From an uncultured delta proteobacterium (GTDB lineage: Bacteria > Desulfobacterota > Desulfobaccia > Desulfobaccales > 0-14-0-80-60-11), in NCBI GenBank assembly GCA_963812015.1, contig CAWETI010000002.1, positions 416,001 through 480,000 of the forward strand: 64,000 nt of DNA, given 5' to 3'. This document shows positions 52,377 to 62,867 of the stretch, in pieces; within the stretch, counting starts at the first letter, position 1; the number at the start of each line of letters is the position of its first letter. The translations under genes were made by a program, and so were the position numbers. The notes below the pieces were generated by a model. That model had not been told where the DNA came from. It ran no database searches and saw nothing but the letters and a program-made list of their open reading frames with translations.

Positions 52377-52648
52377 ATGAAAGTGCTTTGATATCTGTAT
52401 GATATCTAAACATTGAACTATTTCAACTGCCGGAGTTCCATTTCTAAATGACAGTGAAACAACCCTCAAAGTCTTGAAGACCCCCCTTACTCCGACCATC
52501 TGGTAGTTTTTGCCAAGGTATGAACCGTTTTTAGCCCCGATTTTGAACGATAAGTCCCCAGCCCTGCTCTTACCATTCACCCGCCCATGAGCTCCCAAAT
52601 TAGGCCAATTTGAAGGCCCATACGTGGACAAATCTGAAATAAAATTTC
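52377..52648 (+). repeat. Island repeat family, copy D
   Basis: AAGTGCTTTGATATC...GAACTAT...TGAAAC.ACCC...CCTTACTC.GACCAT shared with A; 3' half shared with F. Confidence 0.8.
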
Positions 52649-52811
52649 CAAGGTCGAAAATGCAAAAGCCGATTTCCAGGTACCCCTCTGCAAAAGGCAC
52701 TCCCCCCGCACCTAAAAACTAAACTTCCTGCTTGGGCTCCTGGATGGATATTGGGCCCCATCTCTGGGACCCCTTTCAGATGCGTGCCCCCACCCCCCAA
52801 AGAGGGAGGTG

Positions 52812-53196
52812 ATTGCCTGGATACTCGATCGCATGAGACCAGGCGCCCTGTATGCGTAGAGAGTTAGCTACAGGCAGCTGATGCAGGGTAGATAATGCGG
52901 CCAAGTCCGTGAGGCAGGTAAAAACATCGGGGGGAGTTGTAGGCGACTCCTGAGGCTATCAAGCCAAATCATCCGCCTATCGTCCTATCCCGCCAACCGA
53001 CAGGGAACCCCGCTATGGGGATCACAACCCTCTGCTTCGGGGATAATGGACGTTAAATTGATGGGCTGAGAGCTGCGTGCAACGAATAGTGATGAGTTCT
53101 GGACCCTTAGGTCCAGCAATTTGCCGGTGCTCAGGTACCGGAAGTAACCAGCAACCGGTCTGATGACGGGAGGAGGGCTGGCCCGGCCCTCCTCAA
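52812..53196 (+). ncRNA. Candidate structured non-coding RNA or leader (unassigned)
   Basis: At least six clean hairpins in about 385 nt with no long ORF. Confidence 0.4.
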
Positions 53197-53228
53197 GCGT
53201 AATTCCCTACTGAAAGGAGGTGATTCTC

Positions 53229-53567
53229 ATGTTGAAGAACGTAGAGAAGGCGTGCTCTTGGGCAGTTTCTCAGGTCGAGGCCGGGATTGACTGGGTCAGG
53301 GATAACTGGCCGGCGATTACCGCCAAGGCCGAGGAGATGATCCGGAGGGCTTACGAAGTGGCGATGACTCAAATTCGTCAAATCGTGGTGGCCTTCGAAA
53401 GGGGTTTGGTGATCGGTATTGAGACCGTGGAAAGACGGCAGTCGATGCCCTTCGATCAGGCCCTGGCCGAGGCGAAGTCCGTGGTCAAGGCCATGACCGA
53501 CGAGCAGGTATGCGCCTATACCGCCCACTGGTTTTGTCAGGAGCCGGACCGCGCTATCGCCGTGTAA
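53229..53567 (+). CDS. Hypothetical helical protein
   Basis: Strong AAAGGAGGTGA RBS before ATG 53229. Confidence 0.7.
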   Translation: MLKNVEKACSWAVSQVEAGIDWVRDNWPAITAKAEEMIRRAYEVAMTQIRQIVVAFERGLVIGIETVERRQSMPFDQALAEAKSVVKAMTDEQVCAYTAHWFCQEPDRAIAV

Positions 53568-53657
53568 GTGTCGGAATGGTGCTGAACGCCATGCTGCATT
53601 TGTCGATGGTCATGTGCCAAGATTATGCGTTTGGCCGTCGTAGCAATGGTAGTTAGC

Positions 53658-53707
53658 AGAGATCGGCCTCTATAACCCTGGGCCGGGGTTATGGGGCCGA
53701 TCTTTTT
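53658..53707 (+). terminator. Long hairpin / Rho-independent terminator
   Basis: AGAGATCGGCCTCTATAACCC...GGGTTATGGGGCCGATCTTTTT. Confidence 0.65.
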
Positions 53708-54163
53708 GGCTATCCCGTCACCTGCAGATGACGGAGGGAAGAAATTTGCTGTTGCAGGATGACTTGGACTTTCCGGGAAGCCGAAGATTCCCGGCAGCCG
53801 TGTTTATGGCGTTCATGGACTCCGCCGAAGTATTCAGGCCCCCATAGGTCTTAATCGCCAGGATGACTTTGCTGGTACCAAGTATTCCGGTACGTGGACT
53901 GTGATTGACGGCTTAACTCCGCTGATCTCCGGCTTGGCTGATTTTGTCGGAGGAATGGCCGCTGCCCTTGATTAACTCGGCAAGGAGGGGTTGGCCCGAC
54001 CACCACCTCAGTTAGGGGTTGTATGCAACCCGCCCGGCATGTCTTTCATCCAGCACCCAAGACCTTCACACCACCAAGTTCAGACATCAAACGAAGCGTC
54101 TGCCGGACCCTATAAAAACCTGGGCTTTTCTCAATAGGTAAATTCATAAAAGGAGAAGACCAT

Positions 54164-54481
54164 ATGTTTAATTGGTGTGTGTTCATCGGCGTCGTCTGCG
54201 GTGATGTGGACTTGGCCCGCGACAGGGATGGTCATATCCGCATCACCTTTCAGCTGGCCATCCAATTTTTGGATAAACCAGTCGGCAAGATTGAGGTCCT
54301 CGGTTCCAACCACTTGACCTTCCTGGCCGCCAAGTATCTGCGGTTAGGCGACCGGGTGGCGGTAATGGGCTTTCTGTCCATGAGGGAGTGGCAAAGCGAT
54401 GCAGGGGAATGGCACAACGATGCCACGCTGACCGCTATGGACCTGGAACTGATCAAGGGGGACGATCACAACCAGGGATAA
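54164..54481 (+). CDS. ssb: Single-stranded DNA-binding protein-like OB fold, no acidic C-terminal tail
   Basis: MFN....IG, F.LA, A.KYL..GD.V.V.G.L..REW....G pattern; AAGGAG RBS. Confidence 0.65.
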   Translation: MFNWCVFIGVVCGDVDLARDRDGHIRITFQLAIQFLDKPVGKIEVLGSNHLTFLAAKYLRLGDRVAVMGFLSMREWQSDAGEWHNDATLTAMDLELIKGDDHNQG

Positions 54482-54841
54482 GGCAGGCCCAAGCGGGGCA
54501 AGGAGGAACACTATGTTGGCGCCCCGGGTTGGACCCGATCCGGGGCGAATTACCTAAAACCTGAGAGGAGGAGAATCATTGGCACAGCGTACCATCAGAT
54601 TTAATCCATCATGGCGGGCACGGCAGACTAAGCCACGCCCAAGACTAAACCTGCAACAGCGTCAGTCGCACCCGGGAGACCGGAAACCCTGTCCAGGGTG
54701 CCCCGGGACCGAAAGGAGGAAATCCGCCAGGTGGCCCTGAGGCGAGGCCTGCAACTTGAGGCGCCGGAGCATCATGCCATGGAGGCCTAACCCGCCCATC
54801 AGATGAACTGTCTGTTTCTCTTGATGGCGGTACAAGATGTT

Positions 54842-54874
54842 AGGGGGCGGCGAAATTGACGCCGCCCCTTTTTT
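54842..54874 (+). terminator. Rho-independent terminator
   Basis: GGGGCGGCG-AAATTGA-CGCCGCCCC-TTTTTT. Confidence 0.85.
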
Positions 54875-54986
54875 GTCGGGTACGCCCGGGGCTATTGCAA
54901 AGAGGTCGGGGCGGGCTCAAGGTCCATGGAGTTGTCTTTTGTGGGCTGGGCAAAGATTTTAAATTTACAAGAGAAGGAGTGACACC

Positions 54987-55346
54987 ATGAAAACTCGTAT
55001 TTGCAGGCTGGAGTTTGGTATTAATTGTCTGGCGGACGCCAGGTTCCTATATCATGCCTGGGACCGGTTCTGGACCATGGAGGGCGGGGTACCTCCCCAT
55101 ACCCTCCTGGTGTATGTTACCATCGAGGACCGGCTGCCAGGCGAGCAAGTGAGTCTCAACTTTCAAGCCAGCATGGAAATGCTGGACAAGTTCATGAGCA
55201 TCTTGAAGCAGGACGGCCTCAAGTTCACCCGCAGCGTGATCATACCCGCCTTCCTGATCATTTGCCGGGTAGATAAGGACCGGGGCGGGTTAACGGTCAT
55301 CGGCGGCAGCGGCGGTGATGAACCCGACAACGGACCGGAGGATTAA
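54987..55346 (+). CDS. Hypothetical protein
   Basis: AAGGAG RBS; 119 aa. Confidence 0.6.
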   Translation: MKTRICRLEFGINCLADARFLYHAWDRFWTMEGGVPPHTLLVYVTIEDRLPGEQVSLNFQASMEMLDKFMSILKQDGLKFTRSVIIPAFLIICRVDKDRGGLTVIGGSGGDEPDNGPED

Positions 55347-55418
55347 ACGATTATATCGTTACAACCAAGGAGTGCGGGGAGAGTTTCTTTCTGCACTCCA
55401 TACGCGTGAATGATGGCG

Positions 55419-58379
55419 CTACACCCCGGCTCCCTCATAAGTGGCCCCGAAGATAGTGTCCGACAGCCACTTCTTGAAGCTGGGGTTGTCGCTGAACTGC
55501 TTGAACAGCTCGGTATCATCTGCCAGCATGCCGATGACCACCTTCTGGAGCGCCCGGTCGTGCTCTAGCCGCGCCGCCGCCTTGTCGGAGTTTCTCATGG
55601 CATTTTGGTAAGCCTTGTCGGCCGCCACCTTTGCAGGGATTTCCTCAGAGATGACCTGGCGAATCCGGTCTGCGTCCTTCCAATTGATGTTACCGAACTG
55701 ATCGTTGAAGGCCTTGATGATGTTGCTGAGCCTGTCAAGTTCCGGTTCGGGCTTCCCCCCACCGCCGCTGGTGGGTACGGGTCCGATCTCTGCGTTCTGG
55801 TCAGGCAGCGCCAGCGTCAAGGCCTCCTGCACCTCGACTCGGTAACTGTCCATGTCGATAGTTTCGAGGATGCCTTTGGACAGGTCATCCTCCTTCGGAG
55901 CTGGCAGTTTAGGGATGAGGAAGTTCAGGAAGGTCGCCAGCTTCTCCCACTCCGCGTTGGTGTACGGCAGGATCGAGGCCAGGAACTGATAGGTCCGCAC
56001 AAATGCCTTCGCTTTGCCCTTGAAGTCCACCTGACCGTCCTCGTCCAGATCGCTCTTGTAGACGGCCACGCAGGCGTCGAGGATGGGGTCCAGCTTGTCC
56101 CGATCGGCGCCGCCGAGGAACAGCTCTACCAAATACTCCACCTGCGGCCACGCATAGACTTGGTAACCGTCCAGGGTCGCCTTCAAATCATGCAGTTTGT
56201 TCGGGTCGGTCTCCTCGCTGAGTATCGTTGTGCGGTAGTAGTCGGCGAAGGCCTGCGTGATGGTGTCGGCATCGTTCAGGAAGTCCAGCACAAAGGTGTC
56301 CGTCTTCTGGGGACGGGCCCGGTTTAGCCGCGACAGCGTCTGCACCGCCTTGATGCCCGCCAGCTGCTTGTCCACGTACATCGTGTGCAGCAGTGGCTCG
56401 TCGTAGCCGGTCTGGAACTTGTCCGCCACGATCAGGAACCGGTAAGGGTCCTGCTGGAACTTCTTTTCGATCTGGGCGCTTGGAAAGCCGTTAAGCTTTG
56501 CCTCGGTCACCTTCCGGCCGCCGTCTTCATGCTCACCTGAGAAGGCCACGATGGCCTCGTATGGGCTCTTGCGCTCTTGCAGGTAGGCCTTAAAGGCATG
56601 GTAATACTGGATTGCCCGGGCGACACCGCTGGTGACCACCATGGCGCGGGCTTGCCCGCCGATTTTTCGCCTGGCGATAACCTGCTCATGGAAGTGGTCG
56701 ATCATGATCTCAGCCTTCTGGCGGATCGCATAGTCGTGTGATTCGACGTAACGCCGCAGCTTTTTCCTGGCCCTCTTCGTGTCAAACTCCGGGTCGTCTT
56801 CCACCTTCTTCATCAGCCGGTAGTAGCTCTCAACCGGGGTATAGTTGGCCACCACGTCCAGTATAAACCCCTCTTGTATGGCCTGCTTCATGGTGTAGCT
56901 ATGGAAGGGCCGATGTCTGACCTTGTCTCCCTCCGGCACCGGCTCGCCGAAGATCTCCAATGTCTTGTTTTTGGGCGTGGCTGTGAAGGCGAAGTAGCTG
57001 GCGTTGGGCAGCATCTTCCTGGCTTCCATGATCCGGTTGATCCGGTCCTCAAAGGTGTCGTCGTCGTCCTTGCCGCCTTGTTCGGCCAGCGCTATACTCA
57101 TCTTCGCTGACGTTTGTCCACCCTGTCCGGAGTGGGCTTCATCGATGATAATGGCGAACTTCCGGCCCCGGTGCTCATCGCCGATCTTTTCCAGGACGAA
57201 GGGAAATGTCTGGATCGTCGAAATGATGATCTTTTTGCCACCGCTGAGATAGTTAGTCAGTTGCTTCGCCTTTGAACTTCCCGTGCCCTCTTTAACAGCG
57301 CCAATGGTGGCCGATACTTGGGCAAATTGCCTTATGGTTTCACGAATCTGCTTGTCCAGCACCTGGCGGTCGGTGACCACGATCACTGAGTCGAACCGGG
57401 GTTTTCCGCCCTCTTTCAGGCCGATGAGTTGGTGCGCCAGCCAGGCGATGGAGTTGCTCTTGCCGCTGCCGGCCGAGTGCTGGATCAGATACCGATGGCC
57501 AACTCCTCTTGCCTGGGCGTCGGCCAAGAGCTTATGCACCACGTCGAGCTGATGGTACCGTGGAAAGATCTGCTTGTGTTTCTTTTTCCCCTTGTCGTCC
57601 TTTTCCTCCACCACCTGGGCGTAGTTCTCGATGATGTCCGTAAGCCCAGCCTTGGTCAAAATCTGCTTCCAAAGGTAGTCCGTCTTGATGCCGCTTTCGT
57701 TGGGCGGGTTGCCGGCCCCGTCGTTAACGCCTTTGTTGAAAGGCAGAAACCACGAATCCTTCCCCCTCAGGTGCGTGCACATCCGCACTTCCTGGTCGTC
57801 CAGGGCGAAGTGCACCATGCAGCGGCCAAACTGAAACAACAGTTCCTTGGGTTCCCGGTCCCGCTTATACTGCTGCACCGCATCGTGCACGGTCTGTTTG
57901 GTCAGACGGTTTTTGAGCTCAAAGGTGGCGACCGGCAGGCCGTTGATGAAGAGGCCCAGGTCCAGGGCGAGCTGGGTCTCGTCCTTGCTGTAGCGAAGTT
58001 GCCGGGTGACGCTGAAGAGGTTGGCCGCGAAGCGTTTCTCGGCCTTGAGGTTGGCCGGGGTGGGCGTGCCGTAGAACAGGTCCAGGCTCACCGGCCCATG
58101 CTTGACCCCGTTACGCAGCACGTCGATGACGCCCCGCCGGGCGATCTCCCCCTGGAGCCGGTGGAGGAACTGGGTCTGCTTGGGGCCCTCCTGGGTTAGG
58201 TCCAGGGCCGCGGCTGCCTTGGGCTGGGTGGCCTCCAGAAAGGCCGTGAGCTTGGCCAAGTCCACTGCGTGATCCCGGTCGTAGTCTTCGCTTCGGCCCT
58301 GCTGATAGCCGGCCTCATCCACCAGGCAGGCGACGATCAGGGTCTCCAGGCCTTTTTCACTGGTGTCAGTCGTCGGCAT
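55419..58379 (-). CDS. hsdR: Type I restriction endonuclease subunit R
   Basis: DLGLFINGLPVATFELKN...QY nuclease motif; HSAGSGKS, IIDEAH, FTATP, QTLSRLNR. Confidence 0.96.
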   Translation of the reverse strand: MPTTDTSEKGLETLIVACLVDEAGYQQGRSEDYDRDHAVDLAKLTAFLEATQPKAAAALDLTQEGPKQTQFLHRLQGEIARRGVIDVLRNGVKHGPVSLDLFYGTPTPANLKAEKRFAANLFSVTRQLRYSKDETQLALDLGLFINGLPVATFELKNRLTKQTVHDAVQQYKRDREPKELLFQFGRCMVHFALDDQEVRMCTHLRGKDSWFLPFNKGVNDGAGNPPNESGIKTDYLWKQILTKAGLTDIIENYAQVVEEKDDKGKKKHKQIFPRYHQLDVVHKLLADAQARGVGHRYLIQHSAGSGKSNSIAWLAHQLIGLKEGGKPRFDSVIVVTDRQVLDKQIRETIRQFAQVSATIGAVKEGTGSSKAKQLTNYLSGGKKIIISTIQTFPFVLEKIGDEHRGRKFAIIIDEAHSGQGGQTSAKMSIALAEQGGKDDDDTFEDRINRIMEARKMLPNASYFAFTATPKNKTLEIFGEPVPEGDKVRHRPFHSYTMKQAIQEGFILDVVANYTPVESYYRLMKKVEDDPEFDTKRARKKLRRYVESHDYAIRQKAEIMIDHFHEQVIARRKIGGQARAMVVTSGVARAIQYYHAFKAYLQERKSPYEAIVAFSGEHEDGGRKVTEAKLNGFPSAQIEKKFQQDPYRFLIVADKFQTGYDEPLLHTMYVDKQLAGIKAVQTLSRLNRARPQKTDTFVLDFLNDADTITQAFADYYRTTILSEETDPNKLHDLKATLDGYQVYAWPQVEYLVELFLGGADRDKLDPILDACVAVYKSDLDEDGQVDFKGKAKAFVRTYQFLASILPYTNAEWEKLATFLNFLIPKLPAPKEDDLSKGILETIDMDSYRVEVQEALTLALPDQNAEIGPVPTSGGGGKPEPELDRLSNIIKAFNDQFGNINWKDADRIRQVISEEIPAKVAADKAYQNAMRNSDKAAARLEHDRALQKVVIGMLADDTELFKQFSDNPSFKKWLSDTIFGATYEGAGV

Positions 58380-59769
58380 CGGTCACCTCCTCGCCGAGTT
58401 CCCCCTCGTCCTCTCCGACCACCTCGTCGTCCAGGCCTTCGTCCAGTTCCTCCGGCTCGGCCTCGGCTTCCATGGCCTTCAGGGGCGGGGCTAGGTGCCG
58501 CACGTCCACCTTGCCGGTCACCACGTCGGCAATCAATCGCGTCCGGTACTCCCGGATCAGGTCGATCTCGCGGCTTGCCTTGTCGATTGCCGCCTGCAGA
58601 GTCGCCGTTTGCTCGCCGATCTGGGCAATGATTGCTCTCTGTTCATCGTACGTCGGTGGATACGTAACGGCCAGGTTGCCAATGAAGGTCCAGTCCGCAC
58701 GCGGCATCTTCGCACCAAAGGTCGAGCTGTTGATCAGGTTGATGAACTGCTTTGAACGCAGCTTCTGTTCCAGAAACTCAGGGAGAATGCCTGGTTTGAC
58801 GATCCGCAGAACCAGAAACTCGCCAACACATACTCCTCGCATCTGTGGCCTCGCTACCTTGGCGAGGTAAGGCCGCAGCTTTCCGAACAAGACGTCATTG
58901 GACTGAAACCGCTTTACCTGACTGTCGAAGGCGACCTCACCGTCCGGGAGCATGATTCGTCCGGTCCAGCTTTCAATATGCTCGAGGGCAACGTACACAT
59001 CATCAGGCAGTTTGGAGCCTGTCTGCTCGTTCACATTCCTGACGAGGAACTTGAGCCGTCGCTGTTCCCAGTGCCCTGGGATGTCGCCGAGCCAGTCGAT
59101 GCCAGAGGGTTTGAGGGGGACGTTGGGATCGAGACCGCGGGTCACGGCCCGGTTAATGATGGCCTGCTTCTGCTCGTCTAACACCTCGATTAGCCGCCGC
59201 CGGTTGCGGATGAGCCGGCGAACCTTGCGGTCCATGGAGTCAATGAAGCGGACTATGGTATCCACTTCATCACTTGGGGGGGCAGCTACGTGAATCGCCC
59301 CAAACCGGTCCCCATACAATCGCAGGAAACCCGAGCCAACGCCCTTGGATTCAGCGAGGAATTTCGCCACCATTCCAGGAGAACGAAGAAGGTAGCCAAG
59401 GAACCATGGATTTATGCCGTTCAGAGGCGTTAACACCGCATAATCGGGGCTCACGAGACCCTGCTCTGGCGCAATGTGGAACATTCCACTCCAAGCCTGC
59501 ATCCGATTCATTCCGACTTCACCAGAACGGCAAATTTTATAGCCGACGAGTGTCGATGCGGCGTGCATCTTATCTGTTGCCTCCGCATGACGGATGAGAC
59601 CACGTTTTCTGGTCATCGACAGAAGCGGTTCCTCTGCGGTTGTGGATCGACGATCAACTTCACGCAGCAATGTCTTGAGCCGACGAACCTCCCAATGCGT
59701 CGGCACTTGACCAATCCATGGTAGGCCGGAGTCCTTGTATTCTGGATATGGTTTCAGACTGCCCGTCAT
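58366..59769 (-). CDS. hsdS: Type I R-M specificity subunit S
   Basis: Two TRDs with conserved repeats (KDSGLPWIG.VP.HW / KPSGIDWLGDIPGHW; EYRTRLIADVVTGK); acidic tail. Confidence 0.95.
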   Translation of the reverse strand: MTGSLKPYPEYKDSGLPWIGQVPTHWEVRRLKTLLREVDRRSTTAEEPLLSMTRKRGLIRHAEATDKMHAASTLVGYKICRSGEVGMNRMQAWSGMFHIAPEQGLVSPDYAVLTPLNGINPWFLGYLLRSPGMVAKFLAESKGVGSGFLRLYGDRFGAIHVAAPPSDEVDTIVRFIDSMDRKVRRLIRNRRRLIEVLDEQKQAIINRAVTRGLDPNVPLKPSGIDWLGDIPGHWEQRRLKFLVRNVNEQTGSKLPDDVYVALEHIESWTGRIMLPDGEVAFDSQVKRFQSNDVLFGKLRPYLAKVARPQMRGVCVGEFLVLRIVKPGILPEFLEQKLRSKQFINLINSSTFGAKMPRADWTFIGNLAVTYPPTYDEQRAIIAQIGEQTATLQAAIDKASREIDLIREYRTRLIADVVTGKVDVRHLAPPLKAMEAEAEPEELDEGLDDEVVGEDEGELGEEVTDADD

Positions 59770-61898
59770 GCCCCCGCCGCCCCCACAATCTGTTCCAACA
59801 GGCCCTCACCTTCGGCCTGAAGGGCTTCCAGATCGGCCCTGATCTCCGTAAGTGAGCGCAGCGGCTGGGGCTTGTAAAAGTGCCGGGTAAAGGAAATCTC
59901 TTAGCCGATCTGGGTCTTGGCGGGGTCGATCCAGGCGTCCGGCACGTGTGGCAGGACCTCCCGCCGGAAGAAGGCCTCAATGCCGCCCGCCTCCAGGAGT
60001 GGCACCTGCTCCGTATCCCTGAGGCTGCTGTCCGGCTCATACTCCGCCACCCTGGGCTTGCCACCGATTTCCCCTCCGTAGCGGCCATATAAGGGGGCCG
60101 CCTCCACCTTCCCCGGTTTGCTGATCTTCCGGATGACCGGCGAGGCGGTTGGATCGATGCTGGTGAGTTCGGATTGAAAAAGCTTCAGGCGCTTGGCGGT
60201 CAGGTTGACGCCTTGGTGGTCGGCATCCGCTTCGCACGCGGCCAGGACTCGGTTGAAATCCAAATGCGGCCCCGAGCCGAGACGCTTTGTCACCCGCCGC
60301 ACCAGGTGGGCCAGGGGCTCCTCCTTGGCTGCCTGGCAGGCTCTATCAAATCGCTCCAGCAAGGGGGCGCTCAGGTCGGTGGCCAGGCGCAAGGGACGCT
60401 CCACGGTAATCTTCCAGTAGCCGAAGGCCTCGTTGGGAAAGATCTTGGACTGGTCGGTCTCTTCAAAAGCCAGGAACATGTCGGTGATTTGCTTAATCTG
60501 GTCGTCGGACAGTTCGCAGTTCTTCTTGCCCAAGTTTTTGCGCAGCGGCTGGAAGATGGAGGTCGCGTCGATGAGCTGGACCTGGCCTCGGCGGGGCTCG
60601 GGCTTGCGGTTGGTGAGCACCCAGATATAGGTGGCGATGCCGGTGTTGTAGAACATGTTCAGGGGCAGGGCGATAATGGCCTCCAGCCAGTCATTCTCGA
60701 TGATCCAGCGGCGGATATTGCTCTCCCCCTGGCCGGCGTCGCCGGTGAACAGGGAGGAGCCGTTGTGAACCTCGGCGATGCGGCTGCCCAGGGGCGTATG
60801 GTGGTTCATCTTGGCCACCTTGTTCACCAGGAACATAAGCTGGCCGTCGCTGGAGCGGGTGATGAGGGAGAGCTCCTCGCCCTTAAGCTGAACTACAAAA
60901 CGGGGGTCGGCCAGGTCCTTCTTGCCCCCCATGCGTTCCAGGTCGGTCTTCCAGCTCTTGCCGTACGGTGGATTGGAGAGCATGAAGTCGAACTCTCTGG
61001 CCAAAAAGTCGTCCGTGGAGAGCGTCGAGCCGAATTTGATGTTCTCGGCGGCCTGGCCTTCGCCTTTTAGCAGTAGGTCGGCTTTGCAGATGGCGTAGGT
61101 TTCGGCGTTGACCTCCTGGCCGAACAGGTGAATGGAGACTTCCTTGCCGTGTTCCCGGGCGAGTTGGTCCAGAGTTTCCTCAGCCACGGTGAGCATCCCA
61201 CCGGTGCCGCAGGCGCCGTCGTATACCCGGTAGGTGGCGTCGAGGATGTCCCCGGCAATGGGCCTGAAGATCAGGTTAGCCATGAGCTTCACCACATCCC
61301 GAGGCGTGAAGTGCTCGCCGGCCTCCTCGTTGTTTTCTTCGTTGAACCGGCGGATCAGCTCCTCAAAGATCGTGCCCATGGCATGGTTGTCCAGGCCGGG
61401 CAGGCGCAGGTTCCCGTCCTGGTTGAACACGGGGTTGGGGCTGAGGTTGATATCGTTGGAGGTGAACTTCTCGATGAGACTGCCAACGATATCAGCATCG
61501 ACGAGCGTCTGGATCTGGTTACGGAACTTGAATTTTTCCAGGATCTCCTGGACGTTGGGCGAAAAGCCGTCCAGGTAGGCCTCGAAGTCGGCCTTGAGTT
61601 GCTGCTGCTTGGCCCGGGCCCGGAGGTCTTTAAGGGTGAACGGGGAGATGTTGTAGAAGGCGTTCCCGGCAGTCTGACAGAGCGCGTCGCCTTTGTTGGC
61701 GACGCCTGCTGCGTCGAGCTGTTTATTGAGTTTGAGGACGGCTTCCTTGGTTGGCTCCAACACCGCGTCAAGCCGGCGGATGACGGTCATGGGCAGGATC
61801 ACATCCCGGTACTTGCCCCGGACATACACATCCCGGAGGACATCATCGGCAATGTTCCAGATGAATCCGGCAATCCAATTGACGTCTCCGTTTGACAT
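59766..61898 (-). pseudogene. hsdM: Type I R-M methyltransferase subunit M with premature TAA at 59901-59903
   Basis: GEHFTPR, YDGACGTGGML, NPPYG; the frame continues after the TAA (EISFTRHFYKPQPLR...) to a TGA overlapping the hsdS ATG. Confidence 0.88.
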
Positions 61899-62841
61899 GC
61901 ATGCCTCCGTAGGGTTCTCAGAGCCCTGATGTGTTGAAGTATTTGCTGACTCTCTCGTCGGCCACCATGGTGTGAAGGCCGGAGGATTAAAATTCCCCTT
62001 GACCATGGCCCAGGTGGGAGCAAGGAGAAGATATTGCCGCCCAGCCGCTGCCTCTCTTCGACATGAGGCGCCTGCCATCAACCTGAAAGAAGCTTTAACT
62101 TATACCTATATTCCCAACTGGACTTAATAGTCAACAAATCTCGGATGATATCCGTTTGAAGATCACTAAGTCCGCCGCCGACAAAGCAGGCGACCCCAGT
62201 AAGGTGACGGTGAGTGCCAACCCTATACTTTCCATGAGGTTGGACCTGCCAGAGTCGATTTCTTAAAGCTTCTCCGCACCATTCCCGGCGCTGCAATTTA
62301 AAGACCCCAATGATCCCTTGCACATGGTGTTGGTCCGGGACATGTGGCTCACCAATTTTGGAGTCCCCTGCCCCAAACGCCCCCTCGCTTGACAAGCCAG
62401 AGTCCTATGCTATGGGCCATTTCTCCAATAACAGATATCTTCCTAGTCCTTAATTAACCAATTCCCCATTGCCATTTCTGGTCTTCCTAAAGCTCTCCCT
62501 GATGGTCCAGGCTGCGGCCCCAATCCGTGTCCGAGAGAATTGCCAACCAAAACATACCTGGTCATAGGAGAGCGACTTTGAGGCCCTGGAGGTTAATCTT
62601 GCATGCGTAAAAAACAGATGGATGTCGATGATCGCCGGGAACCAGTCTGGTGGTTCTCTCCTTTCCCTAAGGGTACGCCACTCCTATTGCAGACTTAGAG
62701 ACCTGTGCTTTCATACCCTAAGGGAAAGTTGTAACGGCCATGAATGCGCTAACAGAGCGGATGTCAAGCCAAGGGCGTGGAGGAAGAAGGGGGCCGGGCT
62801 TAGCTGCCCTACTCCTACCCCCTCAAAAAAATAAAATAAAT

Positions 62842-62867
62842 TTGACACCGGGGGGGGCGCTTATAAC
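62842..62867 (+). promoter_or_regulatory. Sigma70-like promoter with a G8 tract in a short (14 nt) spacer
   Basis: A-rich UP-like tract, TTGACA, CCGGGGGGGGCGCT, TATAAC. Confidence 0.4.

Noticed and set aside
53158..53215. Hammerhead ribozyme (CTGATGA...GAAA)
   Set aside because: Stem II does not close directly onto GAAA and stems I/III with a cleavage triplet could not be built
59901..59903. Selenocysteine or pyrrolysine recoding in hsdM
   Set aside because: The codon is TAA, not TGA or TAG, at a position that is normally Tyr
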